In this document: positions 30,818-32,000 of the stretch, in pieces
Layout of the letters: every line of letters begins with the position of its first letter
Position numbering within the stretch: position 1 is the first letter of the stretch
Source of the DNA: Chitinimonas sp. BJB300
GTDB taxonomy: Bacteria; Pseudomonadota; Gammaproteobacteria; Burkholderiales; Chitinimonadaceae
Direction: 5' to 3'
Assembly: GCF_002735695.1 (NCBI RefSeq)
Contig: NZ_PDZH01000016.1
Location: 1-32,000 of the forward strand
DNA length: 32,000 nt
The notes under the pieces: generated by a model
Database searches by the model: none
What the model saw: only the letters and a program-made list of their open reading frames with translations
Told to the model about the DNA's origin: nothing
Program-made: the position numbers and the translations under genes

Positions 30818-32000
30818 CTACAACCGGATTGGCACAGGCTTAACTACACTTGCTACCGAGGCAGCATTGCTTTGGTACTGCTTGAGCTTGTCCTCCCACT
30901 CCCGTTTCACAGTTCCATAGGCGGCCAACTTGATATGGCCATAGCCACGAATCTGTTGGACGAAGCTCAGAATTTCAGCAGCAGCCGGCAATTTCTCACT
31001 ATTCAAGCCCGCCAGTACTGCATCCAGGCTCTGCTCAAATTCACCGATCAGGCGACGCTCCATTTTACGGTCTTCGGCGTAGCCAAATACATCCAGCGCA
31101 GTCCCACGCAAGGCTTTCATCTGAGACAGCATACCAAAAGCGCCCATTATCCAGCTACCCAGCTTGAACTTCTTGGCTTGGCCATTCTTGGCCAGCCACT
31201 GTAACCAAGTAGGTCCCAGGCTGAAGTTCAATTTGTAATTACCGTCAAACTGTTCGGCCAGCTGCTTATGGAACTCGCCATCGGTATAAAGACGTGCCAC
31301 TTCATACTCGTCCTTGTACGCCAATACCTTGAAGTACGCGCGGGCGGCAGCCCAGGTCAATAGTTCAGACTCCGGCGCAGCACGGCGCTCCGCCAATCGC
31401 ACCTTATCTATCATTGAACTGTAACGGGAGGCGTACGCCGAATCCTGGTACTGCGTCAGATCGGCAACCCGACGGGCAATAAATTCATCCAACGTCTGGT
31501 TGGCCAGCTTGATTGCCTGACGTACCTGCGGGAAGGCAATCTTCTCGACCCGTATCCTGTCCACGGCTGTATGGCGTCCCCAGACAAACGCTTGCTGGTT
31601 CATTTGCACAGCCGCCCCGTTAAGTTCGATTGCATGCATGATGGCCTCGCCCGACACCGGGATCAGCCCTTTTTGCCAAGCATAACCAAGCATAAACATA
31701 TTGGTGGCGATAGAATCCCCCATCAATGCTGTAGCAATTTGCGTGGCGTCAACTTGATCAAAATGTCCCTCCCCGACTGCCTGTTTGACTGTATCGAGCA
31801 TCGAATGCGAGGGGAACTTCATGTCCGGGTTTTTGGTGAAGTCACCCGTCGACGCCTCAAAGCCATTGAGCAATGCAAAGGTGAAATCGCGCCGCATCTT
31901 GGCTAAGCAGTCATTGGTGGCTGTCACCACCATGTCGCACCCCAGCACCACATTGGCGTCGCCTGCCGATATCCGCACGGCATGCAGCTTGTCCTGTTCC
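30818..32000 (-). CDS. Indolepyruvate:ferredoxin oxidoreductase-family protein, C-terminal part (5' end outside window)
   Basis: The C-terminal about 390 aa has the family-typical LMGDSIATNMFMLGYAWQKGLIPVS...AIELNGAAVQMNQQAFVWGR segment. The frame stays open from the GTG used by the track (31978) to the window edge. Confidence 0.8.
   Translation of the reverse strand, partial: EQDKLHAVRISAGDANVVLGCDMVVTATNDCLAKMRRDFTFALLNGFEASTGDFTKNPDMKFPSHSMLDTVKQAVGEGHFDQVDATQIATALMGDSIATNMFMLGYAWQKGLIPVSGEAIMHAIELNGAAVQMNQQAFVWGRHTAVDRIRVEKIAFPQVRQAIKLANQTLDEFIARRVADLTQYQDSAYASRYSSMIDKVRLAERRAAPESELLTWAAARAYFKVLAYKDEYEVARLYTDGEFHKQLAEQFDGNYKLNFSLGPTWLQWLAKNGQAKKFKLGSWIMGAFGMLSQMKALRGTALDVFGYAEDRKMERRLIGEFEQSLDAVLAGLNSEKLPAAAEILSFVQQIRGYGHIKLAAYGTVKREWEDKLKQYQSNAASVASVVKPVPIRL

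Overview
The window is a proteobacterial chromosomal core segment, probably beta- and possibly gamma-proteobacterial; I cannot assign the taxon without a search. All product calls come from reading motifs in the supplied translations, with no BLAST or HMM search. The track translates GTG/TTG starts as M, so several starts were trimmed in-frame to conserved N-termini preceded by an SD-like sequence.

**Central block (5.2-20.3 kb, minus strand).** This is the classic origin-proximal synteny block: glmS, glmU, the complete F1Fo ATP synthase operon atpIBEFHAGDC, parB, parA, rsmG and mnmG. mnmG/rsmG and rsmG/parA each overlap by ATGA.

**Left flank (0.2-5.1 kb).** This small, more accessory-looking patch holds:
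- a PAS-GAF-PAS-GGDEF diguanylate cyclase;
- a GNAT acetyltransferase;
- a LysR regulator whose reading frame is broken twice (pseudogene);
- a divergently transcribed, signal-peptide-bearing MBL-fold hydrolase.

**Right of mnmG.** The strand switches to a plus-strand string: NfeD, SPFH/stomatin-like, DHH-family phosphoesterase, orphan type-3 substrate-binding protein. A long minus-strand string follows: ZapB-like coiled coil, zapA, 6S RNA (ssrS, not in the ORF track), 5-formyl-THF cyclo-ligase, EVE-domain protein, TauE/SafE permease, NRDE (TANGO2-like) protein and a His-rich CDF metal exporter. After that come the rbgA/ylqF GTPase, a TlpA-like thioredoxin, a DinB-family protein and the 3' part of an indolepyruvate:ferredoxin oxidoreductase-family gene that runs off the window.

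**What I did not find.** There are no transposase, integrase, phage, CRISPR or recognisable defence genes, and no tRNA or rRNA. I do not see a convincing novel multi-gene system.

**Most noteworthy items.**
- The tightly coupled EVE-TauE-NRDE-CDF string behind the zapA-6S-5FCL unit.
- A 132-bp palindromic MITE/REP-like intergenic element with a second diverged copy at the window start.
- The twice-frameshifted LysR gene.
- A perfect 12-bp inverted repeat between parB and atpI.
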